From the NCBI GenBank assembly GCA_022709525.1, contig JAKLIQ010000003.1:129771-193770 (forward strand): a stretch of 64,000 nucleotides of DNA, in the 5' to 3' direction. Both the position numbers and the translations under genes were made by a program. Shown one piece after another: positions 38,691-50,896 of this stretch (its first letter is position 1; each line of letters opens with the position of its first letter). The notes under the pieces are model-generated. The model was not told where the DNA came from. It saw only the letters and a program-made list of their open reading frames with translations, and did not search any database. The stretch is from Candidatus Omnitrophota bacterium (lineage in GTDB: Bacteria > Omnitrophota > Omnitrophia > Omnitrophales > Aquincolibacteriaceae).

Positions 38691-39449
38691 ATGCCAAAAC
38701 GAAAGATCATCGAGATCGACCGCGAAAAATGTAATGGCTGCGGGCTCTGCACCAAAGCCTGCGCGGAAGGCGCTCTGGTCCTGGACGAGCATAAAAAGGC
38801 CGTTCTCGCGAAAGAAATTTATTGTGACGGTATGGGCGCATGTCTTGATGTGTGTCCTGTGGGCGCTCTTAAGATCATTGAAAAAGAAAGCGAGGATTAT
38901 GATCCCCAGGCCGCTTTCCAGCATGTCATGAAAACCCAGGGTTTTGAGGCCGCAAAAAAAGTTCACGGGGTCCCGAAGTTCCATGGGCATGCCCCCGCGT
39001 TCGGAGGTTGCCCGGGCTCTATGGCCAGAGAGATCAAGCGCGGGGCATTGGATCAAAAAGAAAATCACGCGGTTTCCGGGGCATCAGAGCTCAGTCAGTG
39101 GCCGATCCAACTTCATTTGATCTCACCGCACGCCCCTTATTTTAAAGATTGCGATCTTTTGATCGCGGCCGACTGCACCGCTTTTACGATCGGAAGTTTT
39201 CATCAGGATCTTTTGAAAGGCAAAAAACTCGTCATCGCTTGCCCTAAACTTGACGACACGGGCGGTTATGTCGAAAAGATCGCGGAACTTTTAAAGAGCA
39301 ACACCGTTTATTCGCTCACAGTTGTTATCATGGAAGTGCCTTGCTGTTCCGGACTCTTTCGAATGGTTCAGGAAGCGGTCGAGCTTTCGGGAACCCGCTT
39401 GCCGATCAAAAAGATCGTGATCGGTCTTGACGGTTCGATCCGGAATTGA
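38691..39449 (+). CDS. 4Fe-4S dicluster ferredoxin-domain protein with Cys-rich C-terminal (FlpD/MvhD-like?) domain
   Basis: CNGCGLCTKACAEGA…CDGMGACLDVCPVGA; C-terminal CPKLDD…VPCCSG. Confidence 0.55.
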   Translation: MPKRKIIEIDREKCNGCGLCTKACAEGALVLDEHKKAVLAKEIYCDGMGACLDVCPVGALKIIEKESEDYDPQAAFQHVMKTQGFEAAKKVHGVPKFHGHAPAFGGCPGSMAREIKRGALDQKENHAVSGASELSQWPIQLHLISPHAPYFKDCDLLIAADCTAFTIGSFHQDLLKGKKLVIACPKLDDTGGYVEKIAELLKSNTVYSLTVVIMEVPCCSGLFRMVQEAVELSGTRLPIKKIVIGLDGSIRN

Positions 39450-39453
39450 TCTC

Positions 39454-40245
39454 ATGAAAAAAATAGCGCGCATCCTCTTCATGGTTTTCTGGCTGATCCC
39501 CGTTGCGATGGCCCAAGAAGGGGAAAAAAAATTTCCGATCTCCGAAAAACCGCCCGCCAGGATCTTTCTCGGTGAAAAATTAACTTTTGAGATCCGCTAT
39601 CTTGGGGTTCCGGTGGGGGATGCCGTTTCTGAGGTCAAAGAGATCGTCCAGATAAACGGCCGCGATGCCTATCATATCGAGATCCATATCGACTCCCGCC
39701 CGGTCCTGGACTGGGTCTACAAAGTCAGGGATGTCCATCACACCTATATCGACGCGGAACATTTTCACTCCCTTCGCTACGAAAAGGATATCCACGAGGG
39801 GAATTACGCGACGCACGAGACCATGGAATACGATCAGACCGAGCACATCGGGCGCTTCCACTCTCTTAAGGACCACAGCCGCAAGGAAATGTTCATTCCC
39901 AAAAATGTCCAGGACCAGATCTCCTGCGGGTATTGGTTCCGGCTCCAGGACGTCAAACCGGACTCCAAGATCACGGTGCCGGTGAACGCTGACGAGAAGA
40001 ACTGGGACCTCGAGGTCCACACGCACGGGATCCAGGAAAGAAAGGCCGAAGGTGTCGGGACTTTTCAGGCGATCGAAGTCGAACCCATTGTTTTATTCGA
40101 AGGATTTTTTGTAAAACGCGGCAAGATCCGCGGCTGGATGAGCATGGACGAGCGCCGGATCCCGCTTGTCATGAAAGTTAAAGTTCCGATCCTGGGCAAT
40201 GTGTCTGCCGTGCTTGTTCGTTACGAACCCGGCGTCGCTTCCTAA
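39454..40245 (+). CDS. Secreted DUF3108-like protein
   Basis: Signal peptide MKKIARILFMVFWLIPVAMA; LTFEIRYLGVPVGDA resembles DUF3108 start (from memory). Confidence 0.45.
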   Translation: MKKIARILFMVFWLIPVAMAQEGEKKFPISEKPPARIFLGEKLTFEIRYLGVPVGDAVSEVKEIVQINGRDAYHIEIHIDSRPVLDWVYKVRDVHHTYIDAEHFHSLRYEKDIHEGNYATHETMEYDQTEHIGRFHSLKDHSRKEMFIPKNVQDQISCGYWFRLQDVKPDSKITVPVNADEKNWDLEVHTHGIQERKAEGVGTFQAIEVEPIVLFEGFFVKRGKIRGWMSMDERRIPLVMKVKVPILGNVSAVLVRYEPGVAS

Positions 40246-40348
40246 GTTTTTTCCCTCAAATTAAGCCGTTTTTTCTTTTGATGCCGCATGTTAAAATCCC
40301 GCCTGTCGTGAATCCAGGGGAGCCGCCAACGCCGTCACGGGAGGGGTC

Positions 40349-41863
40349 ATGAAAAAGACCGGTTTTGATAATGAAAAATATCTGAAAGAACAGTCCGAAG
40401 CCATTCTCAAGCGCGTCAAGAAATACAGCAATAAACTTTATATCGAATTTGGCGGCAAGTTGCTTTTTGATCATCATGCCGCGCGGGTCCTCCCCGGATA
40501 CGACCCGAACGTCAAGATGCGCCTGCTTCAAATCCTCAAGGACAAGATCGACATCATCCTTTGCATTCACGCCGGGGACATCGAAAGGCGGAAACTCCGC
40601 GCCGATTTCGGCATTACATATGACGCGGACGCTTTTAAAATGATCGACGATCTCAAGACGTGGGGGCTCGGGGTCACGGCCGTGGTGATCACCCGCTTTT
40701 CGGAGCAGCCCGCCGCCAAGATCTTCAAGAACAAGCTGGAGCGGCGCGGCATCCGCGTTTACACGCACCGTTTTACCAAAGGTTATCCTACGGATGTGGA
40801 GATGATCGTCAGTCCCGAGGGCTATGGGGCGAACGAACATATCGAGACCAAAAATCCGATCGTGATCGTGACGGGCCCGGGTCCCGGGAGCGGGAAGCTC
40901 GCGACCTGCCTTTCCCAGCTTTACCACGATCACATCAAAGGGCTTGAAAGCGGTTATTCAAAGTTCGAAACTTTTCCGATCTGGAATCTTCCGCTCAAGC
41001 ATCCGGTCAACATCGCCTACGAGGCCGCGACCGCGGATCTTGGCGACGTCAACATGATCGATTCCTTTCATTTGGAAGCCCATAATAAAACGACCGTGAA
41101 CTATAACCGGGACCTCGAGATCTTTCCGGTGCTTCAGCGCATTTTAAAAAAGATCATGGGAGAACGTTCCGTTTATAAATCACCGACCGATATGGGCGTT
41201 AATTGCGCCGGTTTCGGCATCGTGGATGATGAAATAGTCCGAAAGGCCGCCACACAGGAAGTGATCTCAAGGTATTTCCGCTATTCGTGCGAGTATGTGA
41301 TGGGGTTCGTGGAAAAAGAGGCCGTGCAGAGGACCGAGCTTCTCATGAAGGAGCTCGACGCCAAACTGGAAGACCGCCGCGTGGTGCCTTTTGCGCGCGA
41401 AACGGCCCAGGAGGCCCAGCGGCTCGGCCAAGGCAACAAAGGCATTTATTGCGGCGCGGCCATCGAACTTCATGACGGGTCGATCGTAACCGGAAAGAAC
41501 ACCCCGCTGATGCACGCGGCGTCCAGCTTGGTGCTGAACGCCGTCAAAAAATTGGCGGGGATCCCCGACCAGATCCATCTTTTGTCGCTCGGCGTAATCG
41601 AATCGATCGGCCGTTTGAAGCAGGACATTATGGGAGCGCACGCAGTCAGCCTGAATCTCGACGAGATCCTCGTGGCGTTAAGTATCAGCGCCGCCACCAA
41701 TCCTTCAGCGGAGGCCGCGATGGCCAAACTTAAAGAGCTGAACGGATGTGAGGCCCATATGACGCACATCCCGACTTCGGGGGATGATAAGGGACTCAAG
41801 CGTTTAGGGATCAACATTACAAGCGATACTGATTTTTCCACCGTCAGTCTTTTTGACGCTTAA
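40349..41863 (+). CDS. UPF0371/DUF1846-family protein
   Basis: ~500 aa, N-terminus MKKTGFDNEKYLKEQSEAILKRV…LYIEFGGKLLFDHHAARVLPGYDPN characteristic of family (from memory). Confidence 0.55.
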   Translation: MKKTGFDNEKYLKEQSEAILKRVKKYSNKLYIEFGGKLLFDHHAARVLPGYDPNVKMRLLQILKDKIDIILCIHAGDIERRKLRADFGITYDADAFKMIDDLKTWGLGVTAVVITRFSEQPAAKIFKNKLERRGIRVYTHRFTKGYPTDVEMIVSPEGYGANEHIETKNPIVIVTGPGPGSGKLATCLSQLYHDHIKGLESGYSKFETFPIWNLPLKHPVNIAYEAATADLGDVNMIDSFHLEAHNKTTVNYNRDLEIFPVLQRILKKIMGERSVYKSPTDMGVNCAGFGIVDDEIVRKAATQEVISRYFRYSCEYVMGFVEKEAVQRTELLMKELDAKLEDRRVVPFARETAQEAQRLGQGNKGIYCGAAIELHDGSIVTGKNTPLMHAASSLVLNAVKKLAGIPDQIHLLSLGVIESIGRLKQDIMGAHAVSLNLDEILVALSISAATNPSAEAAMAKLKELNGCEAHMTHIPTSGDDKGLKRLGINITSDTDFSTVSLFDA

Positions 41864-41885
41864 ATTAAAAAAAGAAAGAGGATTC

Positions 41886-42242
41886 ATGCCAACCTACGAA
41901 TATGAGTGCGGCGCCTGCGGGCACCGTTTCGAGAAATTCCAATCCATGAAAGACCGCCCGGTCAAAACATGCCCTGCATGCGGCAAGTCCAAAGCCCAGA
42001 GGATCATCCACGGAGGGGCAGGCATCCTTTTCAAAGGGAGCGGTTTTTATCAAACCGATTATCGGTCCAAGGGTTACAAGGAAGCCGCCAAAAAGGACAA
42101 GCCCCATTCTCCATCAAAAGAATTAAAGGTTAATGGGACTAGCCCTGGCAACCTTTCAGGAATAGAAAATAGAAGCCAGGGCAAGCCCTCAACTCCTTCC
42201 TGTTCGGGGGATTGTTCTTCTTGTCCGACCGCCAAAAAGTAG
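41886..42242 (+). CDS. FmdB-family zinc-ribbon protein
   Basis: MPTYEYECGACGHRFE…CPACG CxxC-N-CxxC; SD aagagga upstream. Confidence 0.6.
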   Translation: MPTYEYECGACGHRFEKFQSMKDRPVKTCPACGKSKAQRIIHGGAGILFKGSGFYQTDYRSKGYKEAAKKDKPHSPSKELKVNGTSPGNLSGIENRSQGKPSTPSCSGDCSSCPTAKK

Positions 42243-42275
42243 GCCAAAAACCGTTTGGGCCTATTTTCTCCTTTT
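42241..42275 (+). terminator. Weak intrinsic terminator (AGGCCAAA…TTTGGCCT + tattttctcctttt)
   Basis: 5 GC + 3 AT bp stem with one mismatch, U-rich tail. Confidence 0.3.
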
Positions 42276-42335
42276 CTGATTCCTAAAATAATGCAACTCG
42301 TTTGTTTTCAGTGGGTTATGAAAATTTCCTTTCAT

Positions 42336-42364
42336 TGACACCACCTTTCTCAGGTGTTAAGATA
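42336..42364 (+). promoter_or_regulatory. Candidate promoter TTGACA-N17-TAAGAT for heptose kinase gene
   Basis: ttcattgacaccacctttctcaggtgttaagat. Confidence 0.3.
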
Positions 42365-42441
42365 AACCCTTCCGATTTTTAATCACCAAAGGGACAGGCC
42401 TATAGGGAAAAAACGCGCCTGTCTCTTGTGCTAAAGGAACA

Positions 42442-43461
42442 ATGAAAAACACCTCTTTGCCGATCTCAACTTCAGAAAAAAGGCGTTTTCTCGAGATCTT
42501 GGAAGGGTTTAAAGAAGCCCGTATCCTTGTGATCGGCGACTTTATCCTGGATCAATTCGTCTGGGGAAGCGTTAAACGTATTTCCCCGGAGGCGCCGGTT
42601 CCCGTTGTCAAAGTCGAGCGGGAATCCTATATGCCGGGAGGCTCTCTTAACGTCGCCAACAACATCCGTTCGCTAAAAGGGCAGGTCTTTCCCTGTGGCG
42701 TGGTCGGCCGCGACCTTTTCGGGCGCATGCTGGTCAAAGTGATGCGCCAGCAGGGAATCGAGACCGGCGGCGTCGTTTATGATCCGATGCGGCCGACGTC
42801 TTTAAAGACCCGCGTGATCGCGCATTCCCAGCAAGTTGTCCGGTTCGACCGGGAAAAAACAGACGATGTTTCCCAAACGGATCTCCATAAGATCCTGAAA
42901 TTTGTCCGTGAAAATATCCGTCAGATGGATGTCGTGATCTTGGAAGATTACGGCAAAGGCGTGATGCAGCCCTTTCTTTTAAGAGAGATCGTGCGTCTTG
43001 CCAAAAAATTCAAAAAACCCGTTCTAGTCGATCCCAAAGAAAAGCATTTTGTTTACTACCAGGGGGTTACCTGCATCACTCCCAATCGCAGCGAAGCCTA
43101 TATCGGCTATGAAAGGACCCACAAATCTTTTTATAAAACACCAGAGCTCGAGACCGTCGGCTGGGGATTGATGAAAAAATTGAAGCTGGATTCCGTGCTT
43201 GTCACGCTTGGCGAGGACGGCATGGCGCTTTTTGAGAAAAATAAAAAATTAACCAGGATCCCGACCGCGGCGCGCGAAGTTTATGATGTTTCCGGCGCCG
43301 GCGACACGGTCATTGCGACGCTTGCGCTTGCTTTGGCGGCGGGGGCGAAGATGCAGGAAGCAGCGAAGATCTCGAACCTTGCCGCAGGCATCGTGGTCGG
43401 CAAGCTCGGAACGGCGACGGTCGCTCCCGAAGAGCTCGAAGAAGCCGTCCGGAAAGCATGA
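42442..43461 (+). CDS. D-glycero-beta-D-manno-heptose-7-phosphate kinase (HldE/RfaE domain I only, pfkB fold)
   Basis: ILVIGDFILDQFVWGSVKRISPEAPVPVV, DVSGAGDTVIATLALALAAG. Confidence 0.8.
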   Translation: MKNTSLPISTSEKRRFLEILEGFKEARILVIGDFILDQFVWGSVKRISPEAPVPVVKVERESYMPGGSLNVANNIRSLKGQVFPCGVVGRDLFGRMLVKVMRQQGIETGGVVYDPMRPTSLKTRVIAHSQQVVRFDREKTDDVSQTDLHKILKFVRENIRQMDVVILEDYGKGVMQPFLLREIVRLAKKFKKPVLVDPKEKHFVYYQGVTCITPNRSEAYIGYERTHKSFYKTPELETVGWGLMKKLKLDSVLVTLGEDGMALFEKNKKLTRIPTAAREVYDVSGAGDTVIATLALALAAGAKMQEAAKISNLAAGIVVGKLGTATVAPEELEEAVRKA

Positions 43462-44213
43462 GCATCAATCCCGTGAAAGCCATCGGCGTGATTCCCGCGC
43501 GTTTAGGCTCTACCCGTTTATCCGAGAAGATCCTCCGCTCGGTCGCCGGCAAACCGATGATCCAGCATGTCTGGGAACGCGCCAAGCAGGCAAAAAAATT
43601 TGAAGATGTGATCATTGCGACCGATGACGCGCGTATCGAAGCCTGCGTCAGAGGATTCGGCGGCAAGGCCTGTATGACCCGCAAAGACCATCCTAACGGC
43701 ACTTCGCGCATCGCAGAAGTGACGGAGCGTTTCAAGCAGGATATCGTGATCAACATCCAAGGCGACCAGCCGCTTGTGGATCCGAAAGCCCTGGATGAAA
43801 TGGTGAGCATCTTTGAAAAAGAAAAAAATGTGGAAATGCTGACCTTGGCCGTGCGGATGACGGACAAAGCGAGTTATGAAAATCCGAACGTTGTGAAAGT
43901 CGTTTGCGATGCCGAAGGCAACGCGCTTTATTTTTCGCGCGCCGCGATCCCTTTTTTTCAGGGAAAACAAGATTGTGCGTTCAGTTTTTTAAAACATCTC
44001 GGGGTTTACGGATACCGGCGGGATTTTCTCAAGGAATTTATCGGATGGGGGCCGGGGGTGCTGGAAAATACCGAGAAGCTTGAGCAGCTCAGGGTCCTTG
44101 AAAGGGGCCGTTCCATTCGCGTGATCGAAACGGCGTATGATTTCATCAGCGTGGACACGGAAGAGGACTTGCAAGAAGTGGAAAAACGTTTGCAGGTCAG
44201 GTCAACCCCGTGA
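43458..44213 (+). CDS. kdsB: 3-deoxy-manno-octulosonate cytidylyltransferase (CMP-Kdo synthetase)
   Basis: AIGVIPARLGSTRLSEKIL…NIQGDQPL. Confidence 0.85.
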   Translation: MSINPVKAIGVIPARLGSTRLSEKILRSVAGKPMIQHVWERAKQAKKFEDVIIATDDARIEACVRGFGGKACMTRKDHPNGTSRIAEVTERFKQDIVINIQGDQPLVDPKALDEMVSIFEKEKNVEMLTLAVRMTDKASYENPNVVKVVCDAEGNALYFSRAAIPFFQGKQDCAFSFLKHLGVYGYRRDFLKEFIGWGPGVLENTEKLEQLRVLERGRSIRVIETAYDFISVDTEEDLQEVEKRLQVRSTP

Positions 44214-44221
44214 GGAATTAG

Positions 44222-46733
<2,512 letters not shown>

Positions 46734-46737
46734 AACC

Positions 46738-47709
46738 ATGAAAAAATCGAACATCCTTAAGCTCGCGAAAGAGGTTCTTGAGATCGAGGCGCTTGCGATC
46801 TCGCGGCTTCGCGCGAAGATCGGCAAAGATTTCGAAAAGGCGGTCCAGTGGATCTCGGATTGTAAAGGCCGCGTGATCCTGACAGGCATGGGAAAACCCG
46901 GTTTTATCGCCCGCAAGATCGCGGCGACCATGGCTTCCACAGGCACTCCGAGTCTTTACCTCCACCCGGCGGAAGCGGTTCACGGCGACTTCGGAATGGT
47001 GACTTCGCAAGACCTTGTGATCGCGATCTCGCAAAGCGGTGAGAGCGAAGAGATCGTGAGACTGATCCCCCTGATCAAGAAAAAAGGCATGAGGTTGATC
47101 GCTTTAACAAGCGTTCCTCGTTCGACGCTCGGGCGCAACGCGGATATCACGCTCGACTTGGGCGTGAGGCGGGAAGCGTGCCCCCTTAATCTTGCCCCGT
47201 CGGCTTCCACGACCGCTTCGCTTGCGTTGGGCGACGCGCTGGCCCTGTCTCTTCTTAAGAAAAAAGGTTTTCGTTCCGAGGACTTCGCGGAACTGCATCC
47301 GGCCGGAACCCTCGGAAGGCGGCTCCTCAAGGTCGAAGAGATCATGCGTACGGGGAAGGCTAATCCGATCGTCAAAACAAAGACCACGGTGCGGCAGGCC
47401 CTCCTGAAGATCACGGCCTCAAGAGCGGGCAGCTGTACGATCGTGGATGGAAAAGGGAAGTTGGTCGGTGTTTTTACCGACGGCGACCTGAGGCGGCATC
47501 TCAAGCGTCAGGGGGAGAAGATCCTGGAAAAACCCATAGCGCAGCTAGCCACGCTGAAACCTCGCTTTATCCAAAAAGACAAACTTGCGGAAGAGGCATT
47601 CCATATCATGGAAACCCTTCGCATCGATGAATTGCCGGTCCTGGACGCTTCGCGTCGCGTCGTAGGCCTTTTAGACGTTCAGGATCTGATGAGGGCGGGG
47701 CGGGTTTAA
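46738..47709 (+). CDS. kdsD: Arabinose-5-phosphate isomerase (SIS + tandem CBS)
   Basis: GRVILTGMGKPGFIARKIAATMASTGTP; C-terminal CBS pair. Confidence 0.8.
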   Translation: MKKSNILKLAKEVLEIEALAISRLRAKIGKDFEKAVQWISDCKGRVILTGMGKPGFIARKIAATMASTGTPSLYLHPAEAVHGDFGMVTSQDLVIAISQSGESEEIVRLIPLIKKKGMRLIALTSVPRSTLGRNADITLDLGVRREACPLNLAPSASTTASLALGDALALSLLKKKGFRSEDFAELHPAGTLGRRLLKVEEIMRTGKANPIVKTKTTVRQALLKITASRAGSCTIVDGKGKLVGVFTDGDLRRHLKRQGEKILEKPIAQLATLKPRFIQKDKLAEEAFHIMETLRIDELPVLDASRRVVGLLDVQDLMRAGRV

Positions 47710-47716
47710 TCCGTTT

Positions 47717-48658
47717 ATGGCCAAGCGAAAGTTCTATCGCTACCCGCTTTACCTTTTAACCCGGTTGGGCGCCGGCCTTTTGTTGATTCTGCCCAGGCGA
47801 TGGGCGCTGGCGCTGGCGAATGGGGCGGGGCGTTTAGGTTACCGGCTTGTTTCGCGGCAGAGAACAAGGATCCTTGAAAATTTGAAGCTCGCCTACAAGG
47901 ATACAAAAAGTCCTTGGGAGCTGGAAGTGATCGGCCGGCAGGTCATGGGGCATATGCTTTGTACGGCAGTCGATTTCCTGCGTTTCGCGACGCTTTCCCG
48001 GGATAAGGCCGCTTCGTTCATCGAAGCGGGAAGTGCTTATTCGGTCTGTAAAGATATTTTGCAAGAAGGGAATGGGCTCATTATAATGACTGCCCATATG
48101 GGGAACTGGGAGCTTCTGGCCGGCAGTTTCGGCCTTCAGGGCTTCCGGGGCGCCGTGGTCGGTCGGCGGATCTATTACGAGCCCTACAACCGCTGGATTA
48201 CCGGCCTGCGGCGTTCGGTGGGCGTGGAAACGATCTATCAGGACCAAGCGGTAAGACAGATCCATCATCACCTAAGGGCCGGCGAGATCGTCGGGTTGTT
48301 GCCCGACCAGGATATGGACCGGGTCCGCGGCATCTTTGTGGATTTCTTCGGAGAACCGGCTTATACATCCGTGGCGCCGGTGAAATTCGCTATGGCGTCA
48401 AAAGCGCCGATTCTTCCGGCCTTTATGATACGGATGCCGGATCATCGTTACCGGCTTTTATTAGGAGATTTGATACGGCCGAAGATCGAAGGCGGTGACC
48501 GGGAAGCATCGATCCGTAAATACACGGAAGCATGGATGAAAGTTTTTGAAGGAATGATCCGTCGGTATCCGGAACAGTGGGGATGGATGCATGACCGCTG
48601 GAGAACAACACCCGAAGAGATAGCAGCGGAAGCCAAGGAGACAGTGAAACGATCATGA
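47717..48658 (+). CDS. Lipid A biosynthesis acyltransferase, LpxL/HtrB family (second copy)
   Basis: MTAHMGNWELLAGSF, EQWGWMHDRWR. Confidence 0.7.
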   Translation: MAKRKFYRYPLYLLTRLGAGLLLILPRRWALALANGAGRLGYRLVSRQRTRILENLKLAYKDTKSPWELEVIGRQVMGHMLCTAVDFLRFATLSRDKAASFIEAGSAYSVCKDILQEGNGLIIMTAHMGNWELLAGSFGLQGFRGAVVGRRIYYEPYNRWITGLRRSVGVETIYQDQAVRQIHHHLRAGEIVGLLPDQDMDRVRGIFVDFFGEPAYTSVAPVKFAMASKAPILPAFMIRMPDHRYRLLLGDLIRPKIEGGDREASIRKYTEAWMKVFEGMIRRYPEQWGWMHDRWRTTPEEIAAEAKETVKRS

Positions 48659-49539
48659 TCAAACGTTTGATCCTTATTTTTGTGGCGCTCGTCGTTTTCT
48701 ACGTGTTTTTTGTGCAGGTGCAAGTGGTGATCACTCGCAAGCAGAGGGCTGATCGGGCCGCGGAAAAACCCTCGGAACAGAGGCCGCAGAAGGTTTTCGC
48801 TTTTTCATTCACCAAATACACACCGGAAGGCCAGCGCGAGATCGAGATCGAAGGGGATTCCGCGGACATTCTTTCGAATACCGTTCAGTTGATGAATGTC
48901 ATGGCGAAGGCGTATGCCGAAGAAGTGCCGGTGACCGTGACCGCCGATCGCGGCGAGTACGACAAAAAAAACAACAAGATCCATATTGAGCAAAATGTGG
49001 TCGCGACCACCGATGACGGCACCCGCCTCGTGACCGAGGCGCTCGATATGCACCCGAGCGACCATATCGTGGAAACTGAGCTGCCGACGCAGGTCAAAAA
49101 AGACAACATCAACGTCGAGGGGACCGGCGCCCGGGCGGATACGCGGCTTAAAAAAGTAAAATTCAAAAAGAACGTCACTGTAGTGGTTCAGAATCCGGAA
49201 GACAAAGAAACCGGGCCGACCACCATCACTTGCGACGGGCCGCTCGTGGTCGATTACGAAAAGAACATCGCGCATTTCAAAGATAATGTTGTGGCGCAGG
49301 ATTCCCGCGGCAAACTCGTGGCCGATACGATGGATGTTTATTACAATCGTGTCAGCCGCCGCGTCTCAAAGATCGTCGCCGCGGGCGATGTGGTGATCGA
49401 GAATCCAGACGGCAACAAAACTTACTCTGATAGCGTGATCTACCTGGCCGACGAGGGCCGGATCATCCTGGGCGGCGATACGGAAGCCCTTTATTTCGGC
49501 GGTGACGGCCCCAAAGATTTCGAAAAAGGAGTTTTCTAA
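48655..49539 (+). CDS. LptC/LptA-family (OstA-like beta-jellyroll) LPS transport protein, membrane-anchored
   Basis: N-terminal TM; position between kdsD/lpxL and lptB as in lptC-lptA-lptB. Confidence 0.5.
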   Translation: MIKRLILIFVALVVFYVFFVQVQVVITRKQRADRAAEKPSEQRPQKVFAFSFTKYTPEGQREIEIEGDSADILSNTVQLMNVMAKAYAEEVPVTVTADRGEYDKKNNKIHIEQNVVATTDDGTRLVTEALDMHPSDHIVETELPTQVKKDNINVEGTGARADTRLKKVKFKKNVTVVVQNPEDKETGPTTITCDGPLVVDYEKNIAHFKDNVVAQDSRGKLVADTMDVYYNRVSRRVSKIVAAGDVVIENPDGNKTYSDSVIYLADEGRIILGGDTEALYFGGDGPKDFEKGVF

Positions 49540-50265
49540 ATGAATTTGCTTGAAACAAAACAGCTCACCAAAAGTTACAAGGGCCGCACCGTGGTCAATC
49601 AGGTCAATATCCAGATCTCGCGCGGCGAGATCGTGGGTCTTTTAGGCCCGAACGGCGCCGGTAAAACAACGTCCTTTTACATGGTGGTCGGCGTGATCCG
49701 GCCGGATTCCGGGCAGATCTTTTTCCGCGGCGAGGAGATCACGAACCTCCCGATGTTCGAGCGCGCGCGCCTCGGGATCGGCTATCTTTCCCAGGAGCCT
49801 TCCGTATTTCGCAAGCTGACCGTGGAAGAGAACATCATGGCGATCCTGGAGACCCTCGAGATCCCGCAGGAAGAACGCGATCGCCGCCTCAAACGGCTTT
49901 TGAACGATCTGGACATCGCGTATCTCGCGAAAAACAAGGCCTACACGCTTTCCGGCGGCGAACGGCGGCGGCTTGAGATCACGCGCGCCCTTGTCACGAA
50001 CCCTTCGCTTATCCTTCTGGATGAACCCTTCAGCGGCGTGGACCCGATCGCGGTCTTCGAGGTGCAAAAGATCCTGCAGCGGCTCAAGGCCCAGGGGCTC
50101 AGCATCCTTCTGACGGACCATAGCGTCCGCGAAACGCTTTCGATCACCGACCGATCTTATCTTCTTTTTGAGGGCAAGGTGGAGGTCTCCGGAACTTCAG
50201 AATTCCTTGCGTCCGACCCCAAAGCCAGAGAGATCTATCTGGGAGAAAGGTTCACGCTAGCGTAA
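49540..50265 (+). CDS. lptB: LPS export ABC ATPase LptB
   Basis: GLLGPNGAGKTT, LSGGERRRLEI, ILLDEPF. Confidence 0.8.
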   Translation: MNLLETKQLTKSYKGRTVVNQVNIQISRGEIVGLLGPNGAGKTTSFYMVVGVIRPDSGQIFFRGEEITNLPMFERARLGIGYLSQEPSVFRKLTVEENIMAILETLEIPQEERDRRLKRLLNDLDIAYLAKNKAYTLSGGERRRLEITRALVTNPSLILLDEPFSGVDPIAVFEVQKILQRLKAQGLSILLTDHSVRETLSITDRSYLLFEGKVEVSGTSEFLASDPKAREIYLGERFTLA

Positions 50266-50319
50266 TCCGACAGCCGCTTCGTTCAGCGTTCCCATAAACA
50301 TCCTTAGGAGGAAATCATA

Positions 50320-50871
50320 GTGGATATCCGTTTTTCAGGGCAAAACCTCAAGATCACCGACGGTATGAAGGAGCATTTGGCGGACCGGCTCCCCAAATTC
50401 GAAAAATACGCGCCGCGCCTTGTGGAGGCGCATGTATTCCTCAAAAAAGAAAAATATATCTTTAAAGCCGAGATCACGCTTTCAGCCAAGAATTTCCATG
50501 CCTTCGGGGTCGGAGAGGCCAAAGACAATATTTTTGCGGCGATGGACGAAGCCTACGCGCGCGTTGAAAAACAGCTGAAGAAATTCCGCGCCAAGGCCAA
50601 GGACCATCATAAGAAGAACCTCAAAGGATCCGCGAAGGTCGCGCGCGCGCTCGGAATGATCGAGACCGAAACCGTTCTGCCGGAGGGCCATCCGAAGATC
50701 GTCCGTTCTTCGGCGTTTGCGGCCAAGCCGATGTCGGTGGAGGAAGCGAGCCTGCAGCTTGAGATCTCCCCGCAGTCTTTTCTTGTTTTCATGAACCAGA
50801 ACACCGAAACCATCAATGTGATCCATAAACTTAAGGACGGGAATCACGGGCTCATCGAGCCGGGGTTCTAA
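50320..50871 (+). CDS. hpf: Ribosome hibernation promoting factor (long HPF/RaiA family)
   Basis: MDIRFSGQNLKITDGMKEHLADRLPKFEKY. Confidence 0.8.
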   Translation: MDIRFSGQNLKITDGMKEHLADRLPKFEKYAPRLVEAHVFLKKEKYIFKAEITLSAKNFHAFGVGEAKDNIFAAMDEAYARVEKQLKKFRAKAKDHHKKNLKGSAKVARALGMIETETVLPEGHPKIVRSSAFAAKPMSVEEASLQLEISPQSFLVFMNQNTETINVIHKLKDGNHGLIEPGF

Positions 50872-50896
50872 GCCGCAACTTTTTTAAACCGGAGGA

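Noticed and set aside
50266-50319. Possible missing rpoN between lptB and hpf interpreted as gene loss
   Set aside because: Only 54 bp of intergenic DNA are present here, but rpoN may simply be elsewhere in the genome. Absence from this window is not evidence of absence from the organism.
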